From the NCBI RefSeq assembly GCF_033153115.1, contig NW_026889753.1, forward strand, positions 1-64,000: a DNA stretch of 64,000 nt. The letters run 5' to 3'. The position numbers and the translations under genes are program-made. Shown here piece by piece: positions 10,848 to 25,877 of the stretch. Numbering within the stretch: position 1 is the stretch's first letter; every line of letters begins with the position of its first letter. The notes under the pieces are model-generated. The model did not search any database. It was not told where the DNA came from and saw nothing but the letters and a program-made list of their open reading frames with translations. Source of the stretch: Saccostrea echinata (taxonomy: Eukaryota).

Positions 10848-12922
10848 CATTGTATTCAAAATGTCTATTCTGTTGACATTTATTTTCACTTATACTGTTT
10901 TAGCGTTGACAATTATTTGATTTTAATGTAAATGTAAATAAAAGAAACAAAAAACATGAACTGATTTTATTTGTGTGAAAACTATGAAGGTTGAAGTATT
11001 TAAAAACGAAAGTGAGCGCAGTTAATACTTAGCTTTGAAAAAAAAAAATCATGATGGCGATAATGAAAAGAAAGAGATCGGGAGGAAGAAATGAGCAAGA
11101 AGTGTTTTACAAAGAGTAGTGTACAAACAGATATTATTTTGTTTGATTTCAATGTCTAAGGTTTGTTCTGAAACAAAATGATTTACATCAATCAAATAAA
11201 TTTTATTCCTCAGTGTTAAACCATATCCATATTTAAAGCATTTATGCTAGCTATATATTTGATAAAAACTTCAAATGGGATCCCAAGACATTTTGAAAAA
11301 AATGATTTTGTCCACGTTTTGCCTCAGATTTGTTTGCGGTAGCCGCTGTTTTGTACAAATATAACCTAGGATACAGTGTATCTAATGATCAGGTGCTTGG
11401 GATATATAAAGCGCTCTACATTAAGAAAGCTCATAAACTTTATAAATGCATGTGTTTGGTTATTTCAATTTTAATCCATTTTGTCTCGAGTTAACTCCAT
11501 TCCAATTCTTAAGATAGGATCCTCTTTGAATCATGTCGGCGACTGTGACAACATTCTGTGCAGTTTTATGCCCTTTTATTTCGTATTACTTAATACTTTT
11601 TATCTGGTCGCATAAAAAAATACGGGAAACATGGCTAACTTCTAAAATTGCATGCGCCATGAATTGCAAATTGAAAGAGATATCAGCTCCAAAATGAAAT
11701 ATTTTATCGTTTTTCATCAGAACTTTCCTGAAAGACTCGTCATGAAAAAAAAATCTCGGTGAATCATTTAATTTTTTTTGGTGCTGCATCACACCAGTAT
11801 TCAATTGGGTTCTACATTCATAGCAAGATTACGCCGCCTTTCAGGTAGATGTTACTCAAAGAAAGTTCCGCTGATTTCTATTTTCAAATTCTGTAAATTA
11901 ATGCTTCCTAAGCAAACCACATCGCAATTCAAAAAGGCGCTCAGCTTCATGGTCATCAAAGTCAATCAAGTGCTTTAAAGTCAAGCGCAGAACCTAGCAA
12001 CTCCCCTTCTTAAAAGAAAAAAAAATCATTTTGTCTCGTGTTTTAGTAAATCAAGTAGAAATCTGAAAGGTGCACGTGGTTTTTATACGTCAATCTTCTC
12101 TCCTTCTCTCTCTTTAAATGTATATATATATTAAGTATATATGTAATCTTGGTGACATCTTGATCCGAATGGGGAGGGGGGGGGGTTTTAAGGAATTTGT
12201 CACCTCTTTCCTGAACCTCGAAAAAAAATAATAGAAATGCTTGAAAATCAAAAGAAAATTATTTTTTGTAACGAAGCATTTAAAAGTCGTACAAATTTGA
12301 ATTTTCTTGTCCTAAGCAAGGATAAACCAATCAAAATGAACTTAGTCAATTGTAGTTCTAAATACAGAGATACCCTCTTTCCTTTTTATCTCTTTTGGTA
12401 TCTTATTTTAGGCCTATATTATATTAATTTTGGAATCAATTATTAGGAATATCATAGCTTTAGAGGAATTATCCAACTGGATAAAATGGAACTTTTTTTA
12501 GTGCGGCGCATGATGCAGCTTTTTGGGTGATGTGTAGACTACCTGTCAACATGTGAAACTGTGAATGTTTACGCTCAGTGTTCTGTCTTAAAAGCCGCAT
12601 TTTTCCTCTCTCATTTGTTGGGGTCAATTTTTGTTTTAGTAATTAGCGGCCGAGAGTTCACTTAATTAATGTAATCAAGTGTGCGAGAGCATTGGGGAAG
12701 CGCTAGTCTATGTTCGATCGTAAGTCTTGAAAATATCTACTTTTCGTTTCACTATTCACAACCAAAGGAATTGCAAGTCTGCATACAATAGAAAGTCTAC
12801 TTATTCAATCGTAAGTCTTTGCCACCAGAAGCATATAAAAGGAGGATTGAAACTGAGAAACAATCATACTTTGTACAACGCTCTACACAAGTACTTCACA
12901 CAACGTTAGTAGACACTATAGC

Positions 12923-14603
12923 ATGGCTGTACCACCAGGCGGTCCCATAGAGATTTGTTTCTCGTTTGATACAACTGGCTCAATGTCAAGTTCTATCAAT
13001 GCGGTTAAACAGAATGTCCAGGAAATGATTCAACGACTGCAAACGGATATCCCCGGTATTAGAATCGCTGTATTTGCTCACGGAGATTACTGTGACAGAG
13101 ACTCATCTTATGTCACCAAGTATGTAGATTTTTCCACGGATCTGAACGAACTGTGTAACTGGGTCAAAAGCGTTGGGTCCACTGGAGGCGGGGATTCCGA
13201 TGAGTGTTATGAGCTGGTCTTGCACCAGGTACAAACTTTGTCTTGGACACCTGGCACACAGAGGGCGCTGGTGATGATAGGAGATGCCCATCCTCATGAC
13301 GTGAACTACCCAGACAACAAACTGAAATTGGACTGGAAGGAGGAAGTGGAAAAATTAGCAGTCATGGTAAGAAAATCATTTTAGTTTAAAGGTGAAAACT
13401 TAATGCCGTTTCTTTATTTCAAACCTTCACTGTTTTAGATTCCTGTCTTTCTTATTCAAGAGTATAAGTATATGTCGTCTGTATTTCAGGGTGTGCGAGT
13501 GTACGGTGTACAATGTAGAGCTTCTAGTGACAAAAGAACGAACGACTTCTACCAAACACTGGCCGATAAGACAGCTGGCAGACGAGTAGAACTGGAGCAG
13601 TTCTCCAATCTCTTTGACTTCATTATGGCCATCTGCTACAGAGAGCAAGGAGCAGAGTTCCTGGATATCTATGAACAGGAAGTACGCGCCAGAGACGCTG
13701 GAATAGGTGTTCATAAGGATTTGAATGCTATGTTCGGAGCACTCAAAGACGATGAACCTTCCACATCTTCATCCAGCGTGGAGACTTCATCTTCCAAGTC
13801 CAGAACACTTCCCTACAAGCCGGCCCTGAAAAAGCTGCCATCTCTGACAAAAGCAGCCTCCATCACAAAGCTGAAGAAAAAGAGTACCTCCATTCACGCA
13901 GTGAGGAAAACAATCGTCAAAAAGACCGTTCCTTCTGCAATGGATAGAAAGAGAGCTAAACATCTAGCCATTTCATGCCAAAAGGTATTCAATCTCAAAT
14001 ACGTATCATTTTTCTTTCAATTCATGATATTCATATCTTGCATGTATATATAGTATTCAATATTAGACTTTCATATAATAGGTACATAATTTATTTCAGC
14101 TAAACACACTAAGAAAGCTGAAGAGAGAAAATGTTGCAGAGACAAATTTTTCGATGAATAGAATTCATTGGTCCCCGTGGGAACTAGTTATTTCTCCCAT
14201 TAAACCAGAGGATGACTCGGTGTGGACAGAAAGACATCGAGGAAGAAAGGGTTTCAGAAAATCCACCGTCTGCGGAGGAAAGACATTCCCTGCCGCTGTG
14301 TACGAGTTCTCTGTGAGGAAACCATCTGATTCTAAACGTTATGTTACCTACTGTAAACTTTCCTCGGGATTCACCAGTACACGATGCTGGGAATCTAGAC
14401 TCTTGTCCGATTCTGACGTTCGATCTCAAGTGAACAAAGTGGTGTCTTTGGGATATTCTGTCTTTGTTCGTAGATGTTTGGTAACTGACTCTAACAAAAA
14501 CACCATTAAGAAATCCCTTCTCAGATATGACTATGCATGGAGAAAAGTGCGAAATGTAAGAGACTCTCACAGAAATATTCAGTTGATGGCAGCCTCAAAT
14601 TAA
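12923..14603 (+). CDS. vWA/ET-like protein copy 4 (exons 12923-13366, 13490-13984, 14100-14603)
   Basis: Translation and splice sites match copy 1. Confidence 0.92.
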
Positions 14604-16678
14604 CATTGTATTCAAAATGTCTATTCTGTTGACATTTATTTTCACTTATACTGTTTTAGCGTTGACAATTATTTGATTTTAATGTAAATGTAAATAAAAG
14701 AAACAAAAAACATGAACTGATTTTATTTGTGTGAAAACTATGAAGGTTGAAGTATTTAAAAACGAAAGTGAGCGCAGTTAATACTTAGCTTTGAAAAAAA
14801 AAAATCATGATGGCGATAATGAAAAGAAAGAGATCGGGAGGAAGAAATGAGCAAGAAGTGTTTTACAAAGAGTAGTGTACAAACAGATATTATTTTGTTT
14901 GATTTCAATGTCTAAGGTTTGTTCTGAAACAAAATGATTTACATCAATCAAATAAATTTTATTCCTCAGTGTTAAACCATATCCATATTTAAAGCATTTA
15001 TGCTAGCTATATATTTGATAAAAACTTCAAATGGGATCCCAAGACATTTTGAAAAAAATGATTTTGTCCACGTTTTGCCTCAGATTTGTTTGCGGTAGCC
15101 GCTGTTTTGTACAAATATAACCTAGGATACAGTGTATCTAATGATCAGGTGCTTGGGATGTATAAAGCGCTCTACATTAAGAAAGCTCATAAACTTTATA
15201 AATGCATGTGTTTGGTTATTTCAATTTTAATCCATTTTGTCTCGAGTTAACTCCATTCCAATTCTTAAGATAGGATCCTCTTTGAATCATGTCGGCGACT
15301 GTGACAACATTCTGTGCAGTTTTATGCCCTTTTATTTCGTATTACTTAATACTTTTTATCTGGTCGCATAAAAAAATACGGGAAACATGGCTAACTTCTA
15401 AAATTGCATGCGCCATGAATTGCAAATTGAAAGAGATATCAGCTCCAAAATGAAATATTTTATCGTTTTTCATCAGAACTTTCCTGAAAGACTCGTCATG
15501 AAAAAAAAATCTCGGTGAATCATTTAATTTTTTTTGGTGCTGCATCACACCAGTATTCAATTGGGTTCTACATTCATAGCAAGATTACGCCGCCTTTCAG
15601 GTAGATGTTACTCAAAGAAAGTTCCGCTGATTTCTATTTTCAAATTCTGTAAATTAATGCTTCCTAAGCAAACCACATCGCAATTCAAAAAGGCGCTCAG
15701 CTTCATGGTCATCAAAGTCAATCAAGTGCTTTAAAGTCAAGCGCAGAACCTAGCAACTCCCCTTCTTAAAAGAAAAAAAAATCATTTTGTCTCGTGTTTT
15801 AGTAAATCAAGTAGAAATCTGAAAGGTGCACGTGGTTTTTATACGTCAATCTTCTCTCCTTCTCTCTCTTTAAATGTATATATATATTAAGTATATATGT
15901 AATCTTGGTGACATCTTGATCCGAATGGGGAGGGGGGGGGGTGTTAAGGAATTTGTCACCTCTTTCCTGAACCTCGAAAAAAAATAATAGAAATGCTTGA
16001 AAATCAAAAGAAAATTATTTTTTGTAACGAAGCATTTAAAAGTCGTACAAATTTGAATTTTCTTGTCCTAAGCAAGGATAAACCAATCAAAATGAACTTA
16101 GTCAATTGTAGTTCTAAATACAGAGATACCCTCTTTCCTTTTTATCTCTTTTGGTATCTTATTTTAGGCCTATATTATATTAATTTTGGAATCAATTATT
16201 AGGAATATCATAGCTTTAGAGGAATTATCCAACTGGATAAAATGGAACTTTTTTTAGTGCGGCGCATGATGCAGCTTTTTGGGTGATGTGTAGACTACCT
16301 GTCAACATGTGAAACTGTGAATGTTTACGCTCAGTGTTCTGTCTTAAAAGCCGCATTTTTCCTCTCTCATTTGTTGGGGTCAATTTTTGTTTTAGTAATT
16401 AGCGGCCGAGAGTTCACTTAATTAATGTAATCAAGTGTGCGAGAGCATTGGGGAAGCGCTAGTCTATGTTCGATCGTAAGTCTTGAAAATATCTACTTTT
16501 CGTTTCACTATTCACAACCAAAGGAATTGCAAGTCTGCATACAATAGAAAGTCTACTTATTCAATCGTAAGTCTTTGCCACCAGAAGCATATAAAAGGAG
16601 GATTGAAACTGAGAAACAATCATACTTTGTACAACGCTCTACACAAGTACTTCACACAACGTTAGTAGACACTATAGC

Positions 16679-18359
16679 ATGGCTGTACCACCAGGCGGTC
16701 CCATAGAGATTTGTTTCTCGTTTGATACAACTGGCTCAATGTCAAGTTCTATCAATGCGGTTAAACAGAATGTCCAGGAAATGATTCAACGACTGCAAAC
16801 GGATATCCCCGGTATTAGAATCGCTGTATTTGCTCACGGAGATTACTGTGACAGAGACTCATCTTATGTCACCAAGTATGTAGATTTTTCCACGGATCTG
16901 AACGAACTGTGTAACTGGGTCAAAAGCGTTGGGTCCACTGGAGGCGGGGATTCCGATGAGTGTTATGAGCTGGTCTTGCACCAGGTACAAACTTTGTCTT
17001 GGACACCTGGCACACAGAGGGCGCTGGTGATGATAGGAGATGCCCATCCTCATGACGTGAACTACCCAGACAACAAACTGAAATTGGACTGGAAGGAGGA
17101 AGTGGAAAAATTAGCAGTCATGGTAAGAAAATCATTTTAGTTTAAAGGTGAAAACTTAATGCCGTTTCTTTATTTCAAACCTTCACTGTTTTAGATTCCT
17201 GTCTTTCTTATTCAAGAGTATAAGTATATGTCGTCTGTATTTCAGGGTGTGCGAGTGTACGGTGTACAATGTAGAGCTTCTAGTGACAAAAGAACGAACG
17301 ACTTCTACCAAACACTGGCCGATAAGACAGCTGGCAGACGAGTAGAACTGGAGCAGTTCTCCAATCTCTTTGACTTCATTATGGCCATCTGCTACAGAGA
17401 GCAAGGAGCAGAGTTCCTGGATATCTATGAACAGGAAGTACGCGCCAGAGACGCTGGAATAGGTGTTCATAAGGATTTGAATGCTATGTTCGGAGCACTC
17501 AAAGACGATGAACCTTCCACATCTTCATCCAGCGTGGAGACTTCATCTTCCAAGTCCAGAACACTTCCCTACAAGCCGGCCCTGAAAAAGCTGCCATCTC
17601 TGACAAAAGCAGCCTCCATCACAAAGCTGAAGAAAAAGAGTACCTCCATTCACGCAGTGAGGAAAACAATCGTCAAAAAGACCGTTCCTTCTGCAATGGA
17701 TAGAAAGAGAGCTAAACATCTAGCCATTTCATGCCAAAAGGTATTCAATCTCAAATACGTATCATTTTTCTTTCAATTCATGATATTCATATCTTGCATG
17801 TATATATAGTATTCAATATTAGACTTTCATATAATAGGTACATAATTTATTTCAGCTAAACACACTAAGAAAGCTGAAGAGAGAAAATGTTGCAGAGACA
17901 AATTTTTCGATGAATAGAATTCATTGGTCCCCGTGGGAACTAGTTATTTCTCCCATTAAACCAGAGGATGACTCGGTGTGGACAGAAAGACATCGAGGAA
18001 GAAAGGGTTTCAGAAAATCCACCGTCTGCGGAGGAAAGACATTCCCTGCCGCTGTGTACGAGTTCTCTGTGAGGAAACCATCTGATTCTAAACGTTATGT
18101 TACCTACTGTAAACTTTCCTCGGGATTCACCAGTACACGATGCTGGGAATCTAGACTCTTGTCCGATTCTGACGTTCGATCTCAAGTGAACAAAGTGGTG
18201 TCTTTGGGATATTCTGTCTTTGTTCGTAGATGTTTGGTAACTGACTCTAACAAAAACACCATTAAGAAATCCCTTCTCAGATATGACTATGCATGGAGAA
18301 AAGTGCGAAATGTAAGAGACTCTCACAGAAATATTCAGTTGATGGCAGCCTCAAATTAA
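16679..18359 (+). CDS. vWA/ET-like protein copy 5 (exons 16679-17122, 17246-17740, 17856-18359)
   Basis: Translation and splice sites match copy 1. Confidence 0.92.
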
Positions 18360-20434
18360 CATTGTATTCAAAATGTCTATTCTGTTGACATTTATTTTCA
18401 CTTATACTGTTTTAGCGTTGACAATTATTTGATTTTAATGTAAATGTAAATAAAAGAAACAAAAAACATGAACTGATTTTATTTGTGTGAAAACTATGAA
18501 GGTTGAAGTATTTAAAAACGAAAGTGAGCGCAGTTAATACTTAGCTTTGAAAAAAAAAAATCATGATGGCGATAATGAAAAGAAAGAGATCGGGAGGAAG
18601 AAATGAGCAAGAAGTGTTTTACAAAGAGTAGTGTACAAACAGATATTATTTTGTTTGATTTCAATGTCTAAGGTTTGTTCTGAAACAAAATGATTTACAT
18701 CAATCAAATAAATTTTATTCCTCAGTGTTAAACCATATCCATATTTAAAGCATTTATGCTAGCTATATATTTGATAAAAACTTCAAATGGGATCCCAAGA
18801 CATTTTGAAAAAAATGATTTTGTCCACGTTTTGCCTCAGATTTGTTTGCGGTAGCCGCTGTTTTGTACAAATATAACCTAGGATACAGTGTATCTAATGA
18901 TCAGGTGCTTGGGATATATAAAGCGCTCTACATTAAGAAAGCTCATAAACTTTATAAATGCATGTGTTTGGTTATTTCAATTTTAATCCATTTTGTCTCG
19001 AGTTAACTCCATTCCAATTCTTAAGATAGGATCCTCTTTGAATCATGTCGGCGACTGTGACAACATTCTGTGCAGTTTTATGCCCTTTTATTTCGTATTA
19101 CTTAATACTTTTTATCTGGTCGCATAAAAAAATACGGGAAACATGGCTAACTTCTAAAATTGCATGCGCCATGAATTGCAAATTGAAAGAGATATCAGCT
19201 CCAAAATGAAATATTTTATCGTTTTTCATCAGAACTTTCCTGAAAGACTCGTCATGAAAAAAAAATCTCGGTGAATCATTTAATTTTTTTTGGTGCTGCA
19301 TCACACCAGTATTCAATTGGGTTCTACATTCATAGCAAGATTACGCCGCCTTTCAGGTAGATGTTACTCAAAGAAAGTTCCGCTGATTTCTATTTTCAAA
19401 TTCTGTAAATTAATGCTTCCTAAGCAAACCACATCGCAATTCAAAAAGGCGCTCAGCTTCATGGTCATCAAAGTCAATCAAGTGCTTTAAAGTCAAGCGC
19501 AGAACCTAGCAACTCCCCTTCTTAAAAGAAAAAAAAATCATTTTGTCTCGTGTTTTAGTAAATCAAGTAGAAATCTGAAAGGTGCACGTGGTTTTTATAC
19601 GTCAATCTTCTCTCCTTCTCTCTCTTTAAATGTATATATATATTAAGTATATATGTAATCTTGGTGACATCTTGATCCGAATGGGGAGGGGGGGGGGTTT
19701 TAAGGAATTTGTCACCTCTTTCCTGAACCTCGAAAAAAAATAATAGAAATGCTTGAAAATCAAAAGAAAATTATTTTTTGTAACGAAGCATTTAAAAGTC
19801 GTACAAATTTGAATTTTCTTGTCCTAAGCAAGGATAAACCAATCAAAATGAACTTAGTCAATTGTAGTTCTAAATACAGAGATACCCTCTTTCCTTTTTA
19901 TCTCTTTTGGTATCTTATTTTAGGCCTATATTATATTAATTTTGGAATCAATTATTAGGAATATCATAGCTTTAGAGGAATTATCCAACTGGATAAAATG
20001 GAACTTTTTCTAGTGCGGCGCATGATGCAGCTTTTTGGGTGATGTGTAGACTACCTGTCAACATGTGAAACTGTGAATGTTTACGCTCAGTGTTCTGTCT
20101 TAAAAGCCGCATTTTTCCTCTCTCATTTGTTGGGGTCAATTTTTGTTTTAGTAATTAGCGGCCGAGAGTTCACTTAATTAATGTAATCAAGTGTGCGAGA
20201 GCATTGTGGAAGCGCTAGTCTATGTTCGATCGTAAGTCTTGAAAATATCTACTTTTCGTTTCACTATTCACAACCAAAGGAATTGCAAGTCTGCATACAA
20301 TAGAAAGTCTACTTATTCAATCGTAAGTCTTTGCCACCAGAAGCATATAAAAGGAGGATTGAAACTGAGAAACAATCATACTTTGTACAACGCTCTACAC
20401 AAGTACTTCACACAACGTTAGTAGACACTATAGC

Positions 20435-22115
20435 ATGGCTGTACCACCAGGCGGTCCCATAGAGATTTGTTTCTCGTTTGATACAACTGGCTCAATGTCA
20501 AGTTCTATCAATGCGGTTAAACAGAATGTCCAGGAAATGATTCAACGACTGCAAACGGATATCCCCGGTATTAGAATCGCTGTATTTGCTCACGGAGATT
20601 ACTGTGACAGAGACTCATCTTATGTCACCAAGTATGTAGATTTTTCCACGGATCTGAACGAACTGTGTAACTGGGTCAAAAGCGTTGGGTCCACTGGAGG
20701 CGGGGATTCCGATGAGTGTTATGAGCTGGTCTTGCACCAGGTACAAACTTTGTCTTGGACACCTGGCACACAGAGGGCGCTGGTGATGATAGGAGATGCC
20801 CATCCTCATGACGTGAACTACCCAGACAACAAACTGAAATTGGACTGGAAGGAGGAAGTGGAAAAATTAGCAGTCATGGTAAGAAAATCATTTTAGTTTA
20901 AAGGTGAAAACTTAATGCCGTTTCTTTATTTCAAACCTTCACTGTTTTAGATTCCTGTCTTTCTTATTCAAGAGTATAAGTATATGTCGTCTGTATTTCA
21001 GGGTGTGCGAGTGTACGGTGTACAATGTAGAGCTTCTAGTGACAAAAGAACGAACGACTTCTACCAAACACTGGCCGATAAGACAGCTGGCAGACGAGTA
21101 GAACTGGAGCAGTTCTCCAATCTCTTTGACTTCATTATGGCCATCTGCTACAGAGAGCAAGGAGCAGAGTTCCTGGATATCTATGAACAGGAAGTACGCG
21201 CCAGAGACGCTGGAATAGGTGTTCATAAGGATTTGAATGCTATGTTCGGAGCACTCAAAGACGATGAACCTTCCACATCTTCATCCAGCGTGGAGACTTC
21301 ATCTTCCAAGTCCAGAACACTTCCCTACAAGCCGGCCCTGAAAAAGCTGCCATCTCTGACAAAAGCAGCCTCCATCACAAAGCTGAAGAAAAAGAGTACC
21401 TCCATTCACGCAGTGAGGAAAACAATCGTCAAAAAGACCGTTCCTTCTGCAATGGATAGAAAGAGAGCTAAACATCTAGCCATTTCATGCCAAAAGGTAT
21501 TCAATCTCAAATACGTATCATTTTTCTTTCAATTCATGATATTCATATCTTGCATGTATATATAGTATTCAATATTAGACTTTCATATAATAGGTACATA
21601 ATTTATTTCAGCTAAACACACTAAGAAAGCTGAAGAGAGAAAATGTTGCAGAGACAAATTTTTCGATGAATAGAATTCATTGGTCCCCGTGGGAACTAGT
21701 TATTTCTCCCATTAAACCAGAGGATGACTCGGTGTGGACAGAAAGACATCGAGGAAGAAAGGGTTTCAGAAAATCCACCGTCTGCGGAGGAAAGACATTC
21801 CCTGCCGCTGTGTACGAGTTCTCTGTGAGGAAACCATCTGATTCTAAACGTTATGTTACCTACTGTAAACTTTCCTCGGGATTCACCAGTACACGATGCT
21901 GGGAATCTAGACTCTTGTCCGATTCTGACGTTCGATCTCAAGTGAACAAAGTGGTGTCTTTGGGATATTCTGTCTTTGTTCGTAGATGTTTGGTAACTGA
22001 CTCTAACAAAAACACCATTAAGAAATCCCTTCTCAGATATGACTATGCATGGAGAAAAGTGCGAAATGTAAGAGACTCTCACAGAAATATTCAGTTGATG
22101 GCAGCCTCAAATTAA
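20435..22115 (+). CDS. vWA/ET-like protein copy 6 (exons 20435-20878, 21002-21496, 21612-22115)
   Basis: Translation and splice sites match copy 1. Confidence 0.92.
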
Positions 22116-24196
22116 CATTGTATTCAAAATGTCTATTCTGTTGACATTTATTTTCACTTATACTGTTTTAGCGTTGACAATTATTTGATTTTAATGTAAA
22201 TGTAAATAAAAGAAACAAAAAACATGAACTGATTTTATTTGTGTGAAAACTATGAAGGTTGAAGTATTTAAAAACGAAAGTGAGCGCAGTTAATACTTAG
22301 CTTTGAAAAAAAAAAATCATGATGGCGATAATGAAAAGAAAGAGATCGGGAGGAAGAAATGAGCAAGAAGTGTTTTACAAAGAGTAGTGTACAAACAGAT
22401 ATTATTTTGTTTGATTTCAATGTCTAAGGTTTGTTCTGAAACAAAATGATTTACATCAATCAAATAAATTTTATTCCTCAGTGTTAAACCATATCCATAT
22501 TTAAAGCATTTATGCTAGCTATATATTTGATAAAAACTTCAAATGGGATCCCAAGACATTTTGAAAAAAATGATTTTGTCCACGTTTTGCCTCAGATTTG
22601 TTTGCGGTAGCCGCTGTTTTGTACAAATATAACCTAGGATACAGTGTATCTAATGATCAGGTGCTTGGGATGTATAAAGCGCTCTACATTAAGAAAGCTC
22701 ATAAACTTTATAAATGCATGTGTTTGGTTATTTCAATTTTAATCCATTTTGTCTCGAGTTAACTCCATTCCAATTCTTAAGATAGGATCCTCTTTGAATC
22801 ATGTCGGCGACTGTGACAACATTCTGTGCAGTTTTATGCCCTTTTATTTCGTATTACTTAATACTTTTTATCTGGTCGCATAAAAAAATACGGGAAACAT
22901 GGCTAACTTCTAAAATTGCATGCGCCATGAATTGCAAATTGAAAGAGATATCAGCTCCAAAATGAAATATTTTATCGTTTTTCATCAGAACTTTCCTGAA
23001 AGACTCGTCATGAAAAAAAAATCTCGGTGAATCATTTAATTTTTTTTGGTGCTGCATCACACCAGTATTCAATTGGGTTCTACATTCATAGCAAGATTAC
23101 GCCGCCTTTCAGGTAGATGTTACTCAAAGAAAGTTCCGCTGATTTCTATTTTCAAATTCTGTAAATTAATGCTTCCTAAGCAAACCACATCGCAATTCAA
23201 AAAGGCGCTCAGCTTCATGGTCATCAAAGTCAATCAAGTGCTTTAAAGTCAAGCGCAGAACCTAGCAACTCCCCTTCTTAAAAGAAAAAAAAATCATTTT
23301 GTCTCGTGTTTTAGTAAATCAAGTAGAAATCTGAAAGGTGCACGTGGTTTTTATACGTCAATCTTCTCTCCTTCTCTCTCTTTAAATGTATATATATATT
23401 AAGTATATATGTAATCTTGGTGACATCTTGATCCGAATGGGGAGGGGGGGGGGGGGGGTTTTAAGGAATTTGTCACCTCTTTCCTGAACCTCGAAAAAAA
23501 ATAATAGAAATGCTTGAAAATCAAAAGAAAATTATTTTTTGTAACGAAGCATTTAAAAGTCGTACAAATTTGAATTTTCTTGTCCTAAGCAAGGATAAAC
23601 CAATCAAAATGAACTTAGTCAATTGTAGTTCTAAATACAGAGATACCCTCTTTCCTTTTTATCTCTTTTGGTATCTTATTTTAGGCCTATATTATATTAA
23701 TTTTGGAATCAATTATTAGGAATATCATAGCTTTAGAGGAATTATCCAACTGGATAAAATGGAACTTTTTTTTAGTGCGGCGCATGATGCAGCTTTTTGG
23801 GTGATGTGTAGACTACCTGTCAACATGTGAAACTGTGAATGTTTACGCTCAGTGTTCTGTCTTAAAAGCCGCATTTTTCCTCTCTCATTTGTTGGGGTCA
23901 ATTTTTGTTTTAGTAATTAGCGGCCGAGAGTTCACTTAATTAATGTAATCAAGTGTGCGAGAGCATTGGGGAAGCGCTAGTCTATGTTCGATCGTAAGTC
24001 TTGAAAATATCTACTTTTCGTTTCACTATTCACAACCAAAGGAATTGCAAGTCTGCATACAATAGAAAGTCTACTTATTCAATCGTAAGTCTTTGCCACC
24101 AGAAGCATATAAAAGGAGGATTGAAACTGAGAAACAATCATACTTTGTACAACGCTCTACACAAGTACTTCACACAACGTTAGTAGACACTATAGC

Positions 24197-25877
24197 ATGG
24201 CTGTACCACCAGGCGGTCCCATAGAGATTTGTTTCTCGTTTGATACAACTGGCTCAATGTCAAGTTCTATCAATGCGGTTAAACAGAATGTCCAGGAAAT
24301 GATTCAACGACTGCAAACGGATATCCCCGGTATTAGAATCGCTGTATTTGCTCACGGAGATTACTGTGACAGAGACTCATCTTATGTCACCAAGTATGTA
24401 GATTTTTCCACGGATCTGAACGAACTGTGTAACTGGGTCAAAAGCGTTGGGTCCACTGGAGGCGGGGATTCCGATGAGTGTTATGAGCTGGTCTTGCACC
24501 AGGTACAAACTTTGTCTTGGACACCTGGCACACAGAGGGCGCTGGTGATGATAGGAGATGCCCATCCTCATGACGTGAACTACCCAGACAACAAACTGAA
24601 ATTGGACTGGAAGGAGGAAGTGGAAAAATTAGCAGTCATGGTAAGAAAATCATTTTAGTTTAAAGGTGAAAACTTAATGCCGTTTCTTTATTTCAAACCT
24701 TCACTGTTTTAGATTCCTGTCTTTCTTATTCAAGAGTATAAGTATATGTCGTCTGTATTTCAGGGTGTGCGAGTGTACGGTGTACAATGTAGAGCTTCTA
24801 GTGACAAAAGAACGAACGACTTCTACCAAACACTGGCCGATAAGACAGCTGGCAGACGAGTAGAACTGGAGCAGTTCTCCAATCTCTTTGACTTCATTAT
24901 GGCCATCTGCTACAGAGAGCAAGGAGCAGAGTTCCTGGATATCTATGAACAGGAAGTACGCGCCAGAGACGCTGGAATAGGTGTTCATAAGGATTTGAAT
25001 GCTATGTTCGGAGCACTCAAAGACGATGAACCTTCCACATCTTCATCCAGCGTGGAGACTTCATCTTCCAAGTCCAGAACACTTCCCTACAAGCCGGCCC
25101 TGAAAAAGCTGCCATCTCTGACAAAAGCAGCCTCCATCACAAAGCTGAAGAAAAAGAGTACCTCCATTCACGCAGTGAGGAAAACAATCGTCAAAAAGAC
25201 CGTTCCTTCTGCAATGGATAGAAAGAGAGCTAAACATCTAGCCATTTCATGCCAAAAGGTATTCAATCTCAAATACGTATCATTTTTCTTTCAATTCATG
25301 ATATTCATATCTTGCATGTATATATAGTATTCAATATTAGACTTTCATATAATAGGTACATAATTTATTTCAGCTAAACACACTAAGAAAGCTGAAGAGA
25401 GAAAATGTTGCAGAGACAAATTTTTCGATGAATAGAATTCATTGGTCCCCGTGGGAACTAGTTATTTCTCCCATTAAACCAGAGGATGACTCGGTGTGGA
25501 CAGAAAGACATCGAGGAAGAAAGGGTTTCAGAAAATCCACCGTCTGCGGAGGAAAGACATTCCCTGCCGCTGTGTACGAGTTCTCTGTGAGGAAACCATC
25601 TGATTCTAAACGTTATGTTACCTACTGTAAACTTTCCTCGGGATTCACCAGTACACGATGCTGGGAATCTAGACTCTTGTCCGATTCTGACGTTCGATCT
25701 CAAGTGAACAAAGTGGTGTCTTTGGGATATTCTGTCTTTGTTCGTAGATGTTTGGTAACTGACTCTAACAAAAACACCATTAAGAAATCCCTTCTCAGAT
25801 ATGACTATGCATGGAGAAAAGTGCGAAATGTAAGAGACTCTCACAGAAATATTCAGTTGATGGCAGCCTCAAATTAA
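24197..25877 (+). CDS. vWA/ET-like protein copy 7 (exons 24197-24640, 24764-25258, 25374-25877)
   Basis: Translation matches copy 1. The upstream poly-G is 5 nt longer and one T-run is 1 nt longer. Confidence 0.92.
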
